Shown: in pieces, positions 63,888 to 64,000 of the stretch
Layout of the letters: each line of letters opens with the position of its first letter
How positions within the stretch are numbered: the stretch's first letter is position 1
Source of the DNA: Tubulanus polymorphus
Lineage: Eukaryota; Animalia; Nemertea
Assembly (NCBI RefSeq): GCF_964204645.1
Contig: NC_134029.1
Span: 19,276,950-19,340,949 of the forward strand
DNA: 64,000 nucleotides
Direction: 5' to 3'
Notes under the pieces: model-generated
The model's input: the letters and a program-made list of their open reading frames with translations, nothing else
Told to the model about the DNA's origin: nothing
Database searches by the model: none
Made by a program: the position numbers and the translations under genes

Positions 63888-64000
63888 AGATCTATACGCG
63901 CAGATTGCCCGTAGTAACTCAATGTATCAACATGGTAACAAACAATACACACATCTCATTGTGCCTCAATTCTCATCCAGCATTACTATCATCAGTATTC

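Overview
Eukaryotic (invertebrate-like) nuclear DNA, AT-rich with no visible CpG depletion. There is no intact host protein-coding gene and almost all ORFs in the track are spurious. Positions 1-3533 are the end of an extremely AT-rich, intronless, virus-like insert. It carries compact minus-strand ORFs with TAAATG starts, a duplicated viral-type C2H2 finger, a motif resembling Polinton protein-primed PolB, two tandem arrays and a ...TGTCACA terminus. It abuts a decayed two-exon 3' fragment of MPP10. The remaining ~59 kb is gene-desert/intronic sequence peppered with non-autonomous DNA transposons (Harbinger, P-like, AcademH-like, hAT-like, and a 1.3-kb foldback built of E2F-site palindromes), LINE 3' ends, a decayed LTR element and three promoter/first-exon-like islands. 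The most striking unannotated structure is a tandem array of eight ~67-nt minimal Penelope-type hammerhead ribozyme units at 51.0-51.6 kb, with related single hammerhead motifs elsewhere. All family assignments rest on motif recognition by eye; no database searches were run.
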